NCBI RefSeq assembly: GCF_053078305.1
Contig: NZ_CP166879.1
Length of the DNA: 64,000 nt
Reading direction: 5' to 3' (one strand)
Shown here: in pieces, positions 7,844-18,818 of the stretch
Layout: the number at the start of each line of letters is the position of its first letter
How positions within the stretch are numbered: the stretch's first letter is position 1
Program-made: the position numbers and the translations under genes
Notes under the pieces: model-generated
Databases searched by the model: none
What the model was told of the DNA's origin: nothing
Seen by the model: only the letters and a program-made list of their open reading frames with translations

Positions 7844-9940
7844 ATGGAAAAGCACGCAGCTGAATTGCTTTTACAGCGGATGTTAGGAAATACCACCGCT
7901 ACTTTCAGGGAAGGGCAATGGGAAGCCATAGACGCGGTGGTGAACCAACGGCGAAAACTGCTGGTTGTCCAACGCACTGGCTGGGGGAAAAGTGCTGTGT
8001 ACTTCATCGCCAGTAAAATCTTCCGCGATCGCGGCGCTGGCCCGACAATTATCATCTCTCCTTTGCTTGCCCAGATGCGTAACCAGGTTGCCGCCGCTGA
8101 ACGGTTAGGTATTACGGCTGAAACGTTGAATTCTACAAACAGGGAAGAATGGCAGCGCATTAGCGATAAGTTGCTGCAAGGTGCGGTCGATTGCTTGCTG
8201 GTTTCCCCGGAACGTTTGGCAAACCAGGACTTTATCGAAACGGTTTTATATCCTATAGCCGATCGTATTGGCTTGCTTGTGGTCGACGAGGCGCACTGCA
8301 TCTCTGATTGGGGCCACGATTTTCGCCCGGATTACCGACGTATATTAGATATTTTGCGCCAACTACCTGCGAATACCCCTGTTCTGGGTACAACCGCGAC
8401 AGCGAATAACCGTGTCGTTGAGGATATCCGTCAGCAATTGGGTGACATTGTGATTCAGCGTGGAACGCTGGCTCGCGAAAGTTTGGCGCTTGATGCCTTA
8501 GTCTTAGGTGAACAGTCATCCCGTCTGGCATGGTTAGCAACGGTTATCCCTCAGTTTTCCAAATCGGGAATTGTTTATACCCTGACTACTCGCGATGCCG
8601 AACTTGTCGCCGAGTGGTTAAGGAAAAATGGTATCAGTGCATTTGCTTACTACAGCGGCGTGACTTGTGAAGGCGCGGAAGATTCTAATACTGCCAGGGA
8701 ATATCTGGAGCAGGCGTTGCTGGCAAATAAAATTAAAGTGCTGGTTGCGACAACGGCGCTGGGAATGGGCTTTGACAAACCGGATTTGGGGTTTGTTATT
8801 CATTACCAGATGCCAGGTTCGATAGTTGGTTACTACCAACAGGTGGGGCGTGCCGGTCGCGGTATCGATTCTGCTGTTGGCATACTGCTTTGCGGCAGTG
8901 AAGACCGTGCTATTCATAAATTCTTCCGTGAAAGCGCCTTTCCTGCGGAGGCGCAAATTCATGAATTACTCAACGTACTTAGCGTGAATGACGGTCTTAC
9001 CTTACGAGGCATTGAACAACGGACGAATCTCCGTTATGGGCAAATAGAAAAAGCACTGAAATTATTGGTAGCTGAAAATCCATCGCCTGTGGTGTATACC
9101 GAGAAATTATGGCGCAGAACAATTGTCAGTTTTTCTCCTGACCATGAACGAATTAACCATTTGATGAATCAGAGAAAAAGTGAGCTGGCAGACGTTGAAA
9201 GCTATATCACGACCAAGGAGTGCAAAATGCAATTTCTGCGCCGCGCACTCGATGAGCCAGGTGCCGAACATTGTGGTAAATGTAGCAGTTGTCTTCAGCA
9301 TCCGTTGTTGTCGCCCGACATTGATAGCGGCTTACTCCATGCGGCAAACTTATTTATTAAACACGCTGACCTGTCATTAAATCTCAATAAACAGGTGGCA
9401 GCTGGGGCTTTTACGCAATACGGATTTAAAGGGAACTTGCCTGCGATTTTACAAGGATCTACGGGGCGAATCCTTTCTCGTTGGGGAGATTCCGGGTGGG
9501 GAAAGCAGGTAGCACAGGAGAAAAAAACGGGGCGATTCAGTGATGAACTGGTGGAGGCATGTGCGGAAATGGTTCGCCAACGCTGGAATCCGCATCCTGA
9601 ACCAACCTGGGTATGCTGCGTTCCTTCATTACAGCACCTCGACCTGGTTCCTGATTTTGCCCGGCGACTGGCGGCGAAACTTGGCTTACCTTTTATTGAT
9701 GCCATTGAAAAAGTCGTGGACAATCCACCGCAGAAAATGCAGCAAAACCGTTTCCACCAGTGTCAAAATCTCGACGGGGCGTTTGTGATTACCCCTCCTT
9801 TGATGCCTGGTCCGGCGTTGCTGGTTGACGATATCGTGGATTCTGCATGGACGCTGACAGTTCTGACAGCACTGTTACGCCAGGCAGGTTGCCCGACGGT
9901 TTATCCTCTTGCCCTTGCTTCTACCTCGGTAAAAAATTGA
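7844..9940 (+). CDS. RecQ-family superfamily-2 DNA helicase with Zn-binding module, fused to a C-terminal ComF/GntX-like phosphoribosyltransferase-fold domain (apparently degenerate)
   Basis: 698 aa. Walker A QRTGWGKS; RecQ-type motif II VVDEAHCISDWGHDFRPDY; later helicase motifs TATA and QQVGRAGRG; four-Cys cluster CKMQ...HCGKCSSC. The last ~150 aa parallel the GntX C-terminus (NLDGAFVI...ALLVDDIVDSAWTLTVLTALLRQAGCPTV vs GntX NLKNAFRL...MVIVDDVVTTGSTVAEIAQLLLRNGAATV). Good SD (gcaggag) 8 nt upstream. I do not recall this gene in K-12. Confidence 0.8.
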   Translation: MEKHAAELLLQRMLGNTTATFREGQWEAIDAVVNQRRKLLVVQRTGWGKSAVYFIASKIFRDRGAGPTIIISPLLAQMRNQVAAAERLGITAETLNSTNREEWQRISDKLLQGAVDCLLVSPERLANQDFIETVLYPIADRIGLLVVDEAHCISDWGHDFRPDYRRILDILRQLPANTPVLGTTATANNRVVEDIRQQLGDIVIQRGTLARESLALDALVLGEQSSRLAWLATVIPQFSKSGIVYTLTTRDAELVAEWLRKNGISAFAYYSGVTCEGAEDSNTAREYLEQALLANKIKVLVATTALGMGFDKPDLGFVIHYQMPGSIVGYYQQVGRAGRGIDSAVGILLCGSEDRAIHKFFRESAFPAEAQIHELLNVLSVNDGLTLRGIEQRTNLRYGQIEKALKLLVAENPSPVVYTEKLWRRTIVSFSPDHERINHLMNQRKSELADVESYITTKECKMQFLRRALDEPGAEHCGKCSSCLQHPLLSPDIDSGLLHAANLFIKHADLSLNLNKQVAAGAFTQYGFKGNLPAILQGSTGRILSRWGDSGWGKQVAQEKKTGRFSDELVEACAEMVRQRWNPHPEPTWVCCVPSLQHLDLVPDFARRLAAKLGLPFIDAIEKVVDNPPQKMQQNRFHQCQNLDGAFVITPPLMPGPALLVDDIVDSAWTLTVLTALLRQAGCPTVYPLALASTSVKN

Positions 9941-11142
9941 TGAATCTTTCAGCCAATGCACAAGCAACTCTCCTGCTAACCAGCGATTTTTCTCGCGCGG
10001 CGGCGAGTGAGTATAAACCTCTTAGTAATAGTGAATGGGGGAAGTTTGCATTATGGCTGAAGCACCAACGTATCAGTCCCGCCGAGCTTCTGGTGCCGCA
10101 ACCGCAAGAGAAACTTACAGGCTGGAGCGATCCGCGTATTTCTCAGGAGCGTATTCTTGGCTTGCTGGCGCGTGGTCATAGTCTGGCGTTGGCGGTAGAT
10201 AAGTGGCAACGCGCCGGTTTATGGATCTTAACCCGCGGAGATGCTGATTATCCCGTTCGCTTGAAAAACCGATTGCGAACGGATGCACCTCCCGTTTTAT
10301 TTGGCTGCGGGAATAAAGCATTACTGCAAGCGGAAGGTATGGCGATTGTTGGCTCGCGAGATGCTCCGACTGACGATTTGCGCTATACCCAACAACTGGC
10401 CGCGAAACTGGCCCAACAGGGGATTTGCGTTATCTCTGGTGGTGCGCGAGGTATTGATGAATGTGCAATGGCGTCGGTACTGGAGGCCGGGGGAACTGCC
10501 GTTGGCGTATTAGCTGATAGCTTGTTAAAAACGAGTACGTTAGTGAAATGGCGTGAAGGGCTTATAGCAGGCAACCTGGTGTTGATTTCGCCGTTTTACC
10601 CAGAGGTACGTTTCACCGTCGGCAATGCGATGGCGCGAAATAAATATATTTATTGCCTTGCTGAAAGCGCAATGGTTGTACGTGCGGGAATGACCGGTGG
10701 AACGATAACCGGGGCGATGGAGGCATTAAAACATCAGTGGCTGCCTGTGCAGGTTAAACCAAATCAGGATATGCAATCAGCCAATTCACGATTAGTAGAA
10801 AATGGGGCGTCATGGAGTGCTGAACAGGCTGAGAATGTGACGATCAGACTGCCAGACGTTCCTGGGCTGATGTATGACAGAGCACTCCGTAACGCTCAAC
10901 CAGAACTGTTTTCGCTGCATGAAGATGACGCAAATTACGCAGTAATGCCCGCGTATACGCCTGTCGATTTTTATCAACTCTTTGTGGCGGAACTGGCGAT
11001 CCTTGCAAAGGAATCGATAAGTATTGAAAGGCTGGCGTCTTGTACTGGTTTAACCATCGAACAAATTAGTGTGTGGCTGAACCGCGCAGAAGAAGAGGGA
11101 AGGGTTATCCGATTGGGCGAAGGTCATTATCAGTTCAGGTAA
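9940..11142 (+). CDS. DprA/Smf-like (SLOG-superfamily Rossmann) DNA-processing protein with N- and C-terminal extensions
   Basis: Start taken at the ATG overlapping the helicase stop by 1 nt (ttgATGaat), not the upstream in-frame ATG of the ORF track. DprA core motifs MAIVGSRDAPTD, ISGGARGIDECAMASVLEAGG, ISPFYPEVRF, ARNKYIYCLAESAMVV. About 90-aa C-terminal tail, possibly a winged helix. Confidence 0.8.
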   Translation: MNLSANAQATLLLTSDFSRAAASEYKPLSNSEWGKFALWLKHQRISPAELLVPQPQEKLTGWSDPRISQERILGLLARGHSLALAVDKWQRAGLWILTRGDADYPVRLKNRLRTDAPPVLFGCGNKALLQAEGMAIVGSRDAPTDDLRYTQQLAAKLAQQGICVISGGARGIDECAMASVLEAGGTAVGVLADSLLKTSTLVKWREGLIAGNLVLISPFYPEVRFTVGNAMARNKYIYCLAESAMVVRAGMTGGTITGAMEALKHQWLPVQVKPNQDMQSANSRLVENGASWSAEQAENVTIRLPDVPGLMYDRALRNAQPELFSLHEDDANYAVMPAYTPVDFYQLFVAELAILAKESISIERLASCTGLTIEQISVWLNRAEEEGRVIRLGEGHYQFR

Positions 11143-11145
11143 TAA

Positions 11146-11181
11146 AACAGGTGCCGCGTCTGGTTGTGTGCAGCACCTGTT
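11146..11181. terminator. Imperfect inverted repeat (acaggtgc...gcacctgt) between the convergent DprA-like gene and yhgN
   Basis: Complementary arms about 8 bp each, seen in the sequence; no strong U-tract. Confidence 0.35.
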
Positions 11182-11187
11182 TGAACC

Positions 11188-11781
11188 TTACCCCTTCATC
11201 CACATTCGAATGCCGTCGAGGAACATCTGGGTTGCCATCATCACCAGAATCAATCCCATCAGGCGTTCAAGTGCGTTCACCCCTTTCTCGCCCAGCAGAC
11301 GTAAAAATAGCGAAGACTGTAGCAGGATGACAAAGGTGCCGCCCCAGGCCAGCAGCAGAGCAATCACCAGATGTCCCATCTGATTCGGGTACTGATGAGA
11401 CAACAACATCAGCGTGGCGAGAATAGTTGGCCCGGCGACCAGCGGAATTGCCAGCGGCACGATAAATGGCTCTTCACCTGCCGGAAGCCCGCTGCTATTT
11501 CCTGAAGCGCTGGGGAAAATCATCTTAATGGCAATTAGAAACAGAATGATGCCGCCAGAAATGGAGACGGTTTCTGCTCGTAGGCTGAGAAATGCCAGAA
11601 TTTTCTCACCCGCAAACAGGAACACCAGCATCACCAGGAGAGCAATAAGCAACTCTCGCACCATGATTGCCCGCCGTCTTTTCGGTTCAGTATGTTTCAG
11701 TACGGACATGAAAATAGGTAGGTTTCCGAGCGGATCCATAATCAGGATCAATAAAACTGCTGCAGAAATGATTTCATTCAT
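11188..11781 (-). CDS. yhgN: MarC-family inner-membrane protein
   Basis: 197-aa hydrophobic ORF; synteny next to asd. Confidence 0.88.
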   Translation of the reverse strand: MNEIISAAVLLILIMDPLGNLPIFMSVLKHTEPKRRRAIMVRELLIALLVMLVFLFAGEKILAFLSLRAETVSISGGIILFLIAIKMIFPSASGNSSGLPAGEEPFIVPLAIPLVAGPTILATLMLLSHQYPNQMGHLVIALLLAWGGTFVILLQSSLFLRLLGEKGVNALERLMGLILVMMATQMFLDGIRMWMKG

Positions 11782-11972
11782 AACTCAAATTCCCTGATAA
11801 TTGCCGCGGACTTTCTGCGTGCTAACAAAGCAGGATAAGTCGCATTACTGATGGCTTCGCTATCATTGATTAATTTCACTTGCGACTTTGGCTGCTTTTT
11901 GTATGGTGAAAGATGTGCCAAGAGGAGACCGGCACATTTATACAGCACACATCTTTGCAGGAAAAAACGCTT

Positions 11973-13076
11973 ATGAAAAATGTTGGTTTTATCGGCTGGC
12001 GCGGTATGGTCGGCTCCGTTCTCATGCAACGCATGGTTGAAGAGCGCGACTTCGACGCCATTCGCCCTGTCTTTTTTTCTACTTCTCAGCTTGGTCAGGC
12101 TGCGCCGTCTTTTGGCGGAACCACTGGCACACTTCAGGATGCCTTTGATCTGGAGGCGCTAAAGGCCCTCGATATCATTGTGACCTGTCAGGGCGGCGAT
12201 TATACCAACGAAATCTATCCAAAGCTTCGTGAAAGCGGATGGCAGGGTTACTGGATTGACGCAGCATCGTCTCTGCGCATGAAAGATGACGCCATCATCA
12301 TTCTTGACCCCGTCAATCAGGACGTCATTACCGACGGATTAAATAATGGCATCAGGACTTTTGTTGGCGGTAACTGTACCGTAAGCCTGATGTTGATGTC
12401 GTTGGGTGGTTTATTCGCCAATGATCTTGTTGATTGGGTGTCCGTTGCAACCTACCAGGCCGCTTCCGGCGGTGGTGCGCGACATATGCGTGAGTTATTA
12501 ACCCAGATGGGCCATCTGTATGGCCATGTAGCAGATGAACTCGCGACCCCGTCCTCTGCTATTCTCGATATCGAACGCAAAGTCACAACCTTAACCCGTA
12601 GCGGTGAGCTGCCGGTGGATAACTTTGGCGTGCCGCTGGCGGGTAGCCTGATTCCGTGGATCGACAAACAGCTCGATAACGGTCAGAGCCGCGAAGAGTG
12701 GAAAGGGCAGGCGGAAACCAACAAGATCCTCAACACATCTTCCGTAATTCCGGTAGATGGTTTATGTGTGCGTGTCGGGGCATTGCGCTGCCACAGCCAG
12801 GCATTCACTATTAAATTGAAAAAAGATGTGTCTATTCCGACCGTGGAAGAACTGCTGGCTGCACACAATCCGTGGGCGAAAGTCGTTCCGAACGATCGGG
12901 AAATCACTATGCGTGAGCTAACCCCAGCTGCCGTTACCGGCACGCTGACCACGCCGGTAGGCCGCCTGCGTAAGCTGAATATGGGACCAGAGTTCCTGTC
13001 AGCCTTTACCGTGGGCGACCAGCTGCTGTGGGGGGCCGCGGAGCCGCTGCGTCGGATGCTTCGTCAACTGGCGTAA
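11973..13076 (+). CDS. asd: Aspartate-semialdehyde dehydrogenase
   Basis: Start placed at the internal [21 protein letters not shown] (367 aa), not the longer 387-aa ORF; active-site region CTVSLM. Confidence 0.95.
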
Positions 13077-13348
13077 TCTTTATTCATTAAATCTGGGGCG
13101 CGATGCCGCCCCTGTTAGTGCGTAATACAGGAGTAAGCGCAGATGTTTCATGATTTACCGGGAGTTAAATAGAGCATTGGCTATTCTTTAAGGGTGGCTG
13201 AATACATGAGTATTCACAGCCTTACCTGAAGTGAGGACGACGCAGAGAGGATGCACAGAGTGCTGCGCCGTTCAGGTCAAAAAAATGTCACAACCAGAAG
13301 TCAAAAATCCAATTGGATGGGGTGACACAATAAAACAGGAAGACAAGC

Positions 13349-15535
13349 ATGTCCGATCGTATCGATAGAGACGTGATTAACGCGCTAATTGCAGGCCATT
13401 TTGCGGATCCTTTTTCCGTACTGGGAATGCATAAAACCACCGCGGGACTGGAAGTCCGTGCCCTTTTACCCGACGCTACCGATGTCTGGGTGATTGAACC
13501 GAAAACCGGGCGCAAACTCGCAAAACTGGAGTGTCTCGACTCACGGGGATTCTTTAGCGGCATCATTCCGCGACGTAAGAATTTTTTCCGCTATCAGTTG
13601 GCTGTTGTCTGGCATGGTCAGCAAAACCTGATTGATGATCCTTACCGTTTTGGTCCGCTAATCCAGGAAATGGATGCCTGGCTATTATCTGAAGGTACTC
13701 ACCTGCGTCCGTATGAAACCTTAGGCGCGCATGCAGATACTATGGATGGCGTCACAGGTACGCGTTTTTCTGTCTGGGCTCCAAACGCCCGTCGGGTCTC
13801 GGTGGTTGGGCAATTCAACTACTGGGACGGTCGCCGTCACCCGATGCGCCTGCGTAAAGAGAGCGGCATCTGGGAACTGTTTATCCCTGGGGCGCATAAC
13901 GGTCAGCTCTATAAATACGAGATGATTGATGCCAATGGCAACTTGCGTCTGAAGTCCGACCCTTATGCCTTCGAAGCGCAAATGCGCCCGGAAACCGCGT
14001 CTCTTATTTGCGGGCTGCCGGAAAAGGTTGTACAGACTGAAGAGCGCAAAAAAGCGAATCAGTTTGATGCGCCAATCTCTATTTATGAAGTTCACCTGGG
14101 CTCCTGGCGTCGCCACACCGACAACAATTTCTGGTTGAGCTACCGCGAGCTGGCCGATCAACTGGTGCCTTATGCTAAATGGATGGGCTTTACCCACCTC
14201 GAACTACTGCCCATTAACGAGCATCCCTTCGATGGCAGTTGGGGTTATCAGCCAACCGGCCTGTATGCACCAACCCGCCGTTTTGGTACTCGCGACGACT
14301 TCCGTTATTTCATTGATGCTGCACACGCAGCTGGTCTGAACGTGATTCTCGACTGGGTGCCAGGCCACTTCCCGACTGATGACTTTGCGCTTGCCGAATT
14401 TGATGGTACGAACTTGTATGAACACAGCGATCCGCGCGAAGGCTATCATCAGGACTGGAACACGCTGATTTACAACTATGGTCGCCGTGAAGTCAGTAAC
14501 TTCCTCGTCGGTAACGCGCTTTACTGGATTGAACGTTTTGGTATTGATGCGCTGCGCGTCGATGCGGTGGCGTCGATGATTTATCGTGACTACAGCCGTA
14601 AAGAGGGGGAGTGGATCCCGAACGAATTTGGCGGGCGCGAGAATCTTGAAGCGATTGAATTCTTGCGTAATACCAACCGTATTCTTGGTGAGCAGGTTTC
14701 CGGTGCGGTGACAATGGCTGAGGAGTCTACCGATTTCCCTGGCGTTTCTCGTCCGCAGGATATGGGCGGTCTGGGCTTCTGGTACAAGTGGAACCTCGGC
14801 TGGATGCATGACACCCTGGACTACATGAAGCTCGACCCGATTTATCGTCAGTATCATCACGATAAACTGACCTTCGGGATGCTCTACAACTACACTGAAA
14901 ACTTCGTCCTGCCGTTGTCGCATGATGAAGTGGTCCACGGTAAAAAATCGATTCTCGACCGCATGCCGGGCGACGCATGGCAGAAATTCGCTAACCTGCG
15001 CGCTTACTATGGCTGGATGTGGGCATTTCCGGGCAAGAAACTGCTGTTCATGGGGAACGAATTTGCCCAGGGCCGCGAGTGGAACCATGACGCCAGCCTC
15101 GACTGGCATCTGTTGGAAGGCGGCGATAACTGGCACCACGGTGTCCAGCGTCTGGTGCGCGATCTGAACCTCACCTACCGCCACCATAAAGCGATGCATG
15201 AACTGGATTTTGACCCGTACGGCTTTGAATGGCTGGTGGTGGATGACAAAGAACGCTCGGTGCTGATCTTTGTGCGTCGCGATAAAGAGGGTAACGAAAT
15301 CATCGTTGCCAGTAACTTTACGCCGGTGCCGCGTCATGATTATCGCTTCGGCATTAATCAGCCAGGCAAATGGCGTGAGATCCTCAATACCGATTCCATG
15401 CACTATCACGGCAGTAATGCAGGCAATGGCGGCACGGTACACAGCGATGAGATTGCCAGCCATGGTCGTCAGCATTCACTAAGCCTGACGCTACCACCGC
15501 TGGCCACTATCTGGCTGGTTCGGGAGGCAGAATGA
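13349..15535 (+). CDS. glgB: 1,4-alpha-glucan branching enzyme
   Basis: 728-aa GH13 enzyme; first gene of the glgBX-glgCAP cluster. Confidence 0.95.
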   Translation: MSDRIDRDVINALIAGHFADPFSVLGMHKTTAGLEVRALLPDATDVWVIEPKTGRKLAKLECLDSRGFFSGIIPRRKNFFRYQLAVVWHGQQNLIDDPYRFGPLIQEMDAWLLSEGTHLRPYETLGAHADTMDGVTGTRFSVWAPNARRVSVVGQFNYWDGRRHPMRLRKESGIWELFIPGAHNGQLYKYEMIDANGNLRLKSDPYAFEAQMRPETASLICGLPEKVVQTEERKKANQFDAPISIYEVHLGSWRRHTDNNFWLSYRELADQLVPYAKWMGFTHLELLPINEHPFDGSWGYQPTGLYAPTRRFGTRDDFRYFIDAAHAAGLNVILDWVPGHFPTDDFALAEFDGTNLYEHSDPREGYHQDWNTLIYNYGRREVSNFLVGNALYWIERFGIDALRVDAVASMIYRDYSRKEGEWIPNEFGGRENLEAIEFLRNTNRILGEQVSGAVTMAEESTDFPGVSRPQDMGGLGFWYKWNLGWMHDTLDYMKLDPIYRQYHHDKLTFGMLYNYTENFVLPLSHDEVVHGKKSILDRMPGDAWQKFANLRAYYGWMWAFPGKKLLFMGNEFAQGREWNHDASLDWHLLEGGDNWHHGVQRLVRDLNLTYRHHKAMHELDFDPYGFEWLVVDDKERSVLIFVRRDKEGNEIIVASNFTPVPRHDYRFGINQPGKWREILNTDSMHYHGSNAGNGGTVHSDEIASHGRQHSLSLTLPPLATIWLVREAE

Positions 15536-17505
15536 CACAACTCGCCATTGGCAAACCCGCTCCCCTCGGCGCGCATTACGACGGTCAGGGCGTCAACTTC
15601 ACACTTTTCTCCGCTCATGCCGAGCGGGTAGAGCTGTGTGTCTTTGACGCCAATGGCCAGGAACATCGCTATGACTTGCCAGGGCACAGTGGCGACATTT
15701 GGCACGGTTATCTGCCGGATGCGCGCCCGGGTTTGCGTTATGGTTATCGCGTTCATGGCCCCTGGCAACCCGCCGAGGGGCATCGCTTTAACCCGGCGAA
15801 GTTGTTGATTGATCCTTGCGCGCGGCAAATTGACGGGGAGTTTAAAGATAACCCGCTGCTGCACGCCGGTCATAATGAACCTGACTATCGCGACAACGCC
15901 GCCATTGCGCCGAAATGCGTAGTGGTGGTTGATCACTATGACTGGGAAGATGATGCCCCGCCGTGCACGCCGTGGGGCAGCACCATCATTTATGAAGCCC
16001 ATGTCAAAGGATTAACATACCTGCACCCGGAGATCCCGGTCGAGATCCGTGGCACTTATAAAGCCCTCGGGCATCCGGTGATGATCAACTATTTGAAACA
16101 GTTGGGCATTACCGCGCTGGAACTGCTGCCGGTGGCGCAGTTTGCCAGTGAACCACGTCTGCAACGCATGGGGCTAAGTAACTACTGGGGGTACAACCCG
16201 GTGGCGATGTTTGCGCTGCATCCGGCGTATGCCTGCTCGCCAGAAACGGCGCTGCATGAGTTTCGCGATGCAATCAAAGCACTGCATAAAGCGGGTATCG
16301 AAGTCATTCTTGATATCGTGCTCAACCATAGTGCGGAACTGGACCTCGACGGCCCGTTATTCTCGCTGCGTGGGATCGACAACCGTAGCTATTATTGGAT
16401 AAGAGAAGACGGCGATTATCACAACTGGACCGGTTGTGGCAACACGCTCAATTTGAGTCACCCGGCGGTGGTGGATTATGCCAGCGCCTGCCTGCGTTAT
16501 TGGGTAGAAACCTGCCACGTCGATGGTTTCCGCTTTGATCTGGCGGCAGTCATGGGTCGTACGCCAGAGTTCCGTCAGGATGCGCCGTTGTTTACCGCTA
16601 TCCAGAACTGCCCGGTGCTCTCGCAGGTGAAGTTAATTGCTGAACCGTGGGATATCGCTCCTGGTGGTTATCAGGTGGGAAATTTCCCGCCGCTGTTTGC
16701 CGAGTGGAACGATCATTTCCGCGATGCTGCCCGTCGTTTCTGGCTACATTATGATTTGCCTCTGGGGGCGTTTGCCGGGCGTTTTGCTGCCTCCAGCGAT
16801 GTTTTTAAACGTAATGGTCGTCTGCCGAGTGCCGCGATTAATCTCGTCACCGCACATGACGGTTTTACGCTTCGCGACTGCGTTTGCTTCAACCATAAAC
16901 ACAATGAAGCAAACGGAGAAGAAAATCGCGACGGGACCAACAACAATTACAGTAACAATCATGGTAAAGAAGGGTTAGGCGGTACTCTTGATCTGGTTGA
17001 ACGGCGGCGCGACAGCATTCATGCCCTGTTAACAACGTTGTTGCTCTCCCAGGGCACGCCGATGTTACTGGCCGGTGACGAACATGGTCACAGCCAGCAT
17101 GGCAATAACAATGCCTACTGTCAGGATAACCAATTAACCTGGTTGGACTGGTCGCAGGCAAGCAGTGGTTTAACCGCATTTACCGCCGCGTTAATCCATC
17201 TGCGCAAGCGTATTCCCGCTTTGGTGGAGAATCGCTGGTGGGAAGAAGGCGACGGCAATGTCCGTTGGCTAAATCGATATGCTCAACCTTTAAGCACGGA
17301 TGAGTGGCAAAACGGGCCGAAACAGCTGCAAATTCTGCTCTCGGATCGCTTTTTGATCGCAATTAACGCCACGCTTGAGGTAACAGAGATTGTTTTACCT
17401 GCAGGGGAGTGGCACGCCATTCCCCCATTCGCTGGAGAGGATAACCCAGTGATTACGGCTGTCTGGCAGGGACCTGCACACGGATTGTGTGTGTTCCAGA
17501 GATGA
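15532..17505 (+). CDS. glgX: Glycogen debranching enzyme
   Basis: 657-aa GH13 ORF; overlaps the glgB stop by 4 nt. Confidence 0.95.
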
Positions 17506-17520
17506 TAAAAAAGGAGTTAG
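17476..17520 (+). promoter_or_regulatory. glgC leader with CsrA binding sites (GGA in the cacacGGAuugugug hairpin loop and at the Shine-Dalgarno AAGGAG)
   Basis: Hairpin and GGA motifs seen in the sequence; CsrA repression of glgCAP is established knowledge. Confidence 0.7.
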
Positions 17521-17522
17521 TC

Positions 17523-18818
17523 ATGGTTAGTTTAGAGAAGAACGATCACTTAATGTTGGCGCGCCAGCTGCCATTGAAATCTGTTGCCCTGATACTGGCG
17601 GGAGGACGTGGTACCCGCCTGAAGGATTTAACCAATAAGCGAGCAAAACCGGCCGTACACTTCGGCGGTAAGTTCCGCATTATCGACTTTGCGCTGTCTA
17701 ACTGCATCAACTCCGGGATCCGTCGTATGGGCGTGATCACCCAGTACCAGTCCCACACTCTGGTGCAGCACATTCAGCGCGGCTGGTCATTCTTCAATGA
17801 AGAAATGAACGAGTTTGTCGATCTGCTGCCAGCACAGCAGAGAATGAAAGGGGAAAACTGGTATCGCGGCACCGCAGATGCGGTCACCCAAAACCTCGAC
17901 ATTATCCGCCGTTATAAAGCGGAATACGTGGTGATCCTGGCGGGCGACCATATCTACAAGCAAGACTACTCGCGTATGCTTATCGACCACGTCGAAAAAG
18001 GCGCACGTTGCACCGTTGCTTGTATGCCAGTACCGATTGAAGAAGCCTCCGCATTTGGCGTTATGGCGGTTGATGAGAACGATAAAATTATCGAATTCGT
18101 TGAAAAACCTGCTAACCCGCCGTCAATGCCGAACGATCCGAGCAAATCTCTGGCGAGTATGGGTATCTACGTCTTTGACGCCGACTATCTGTATGAACTG
18201 CTGGAAGAAGACGATCGCGATGAGAACTCCAGCCACGACTTTGGCAAAGATTTGATTCCCAAGATCACCGAAGCCGGTCTGGCCTATGCGCACCCGTTCC
18301 CGCTCTCTTGCGTACAATCCGACCCGGATGCCGAGCCGTACTGGCGCGATGTGGGTACGCTGGAAGCTTACTGGAAAGCGAACCTCGATCTGGCCTCTGT
18401 GGTGCCGGAGCTGGATATGTACGATCGCAATTGGCCAATTCGCACCTACAATGAATCATTACCGCCAGCGAAATTCGTGCAGGATCGCTCCGGTAGCCAC
18501 GGGATGACCCTTAACTCACTGGTTTCCGGCGGTTGTGTGATCTCCGGTTCGGTGGTGGTGCAGTCCGTTCTGTTCTCGCGCGTTCGCGTGAATTCATTCT
18601 GCAACATTGATTCCGCCGTATTGTTACCGGAAGTATGGGTAGGTCGCTCGTGCCGTCTGCGCCGCTGCGTCATCGATCGTGCTTGTGTTATTCCGGAAGG
18701 CATGGTGATTGGTGAAAACGCAGAGGAAGATGCACGTCGTTTCTATCGTTCAGAAGAAGGCATCGTGCTGGTAACGCGCGAAATGCTACGGAAGTTAGGG
18801 CATAAACAGGAGCGATAA
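17523..18818 (+). CDS. glgC: Glucose-1-phosphate adenylyltransferase
   Basis: Start placed at [33 protein letters not shown] (431 aa), not the upstream in-frame ATG. Confidence 0.95.

Noticed and set aside
14204-15475. 423-aa minus-strand ORF inside glgB
   Set aside because: Antisense to a strongly conserved gene; long antisense ORFs are expected by chance in GC-rich coding sequence and there is no independent signal for it.
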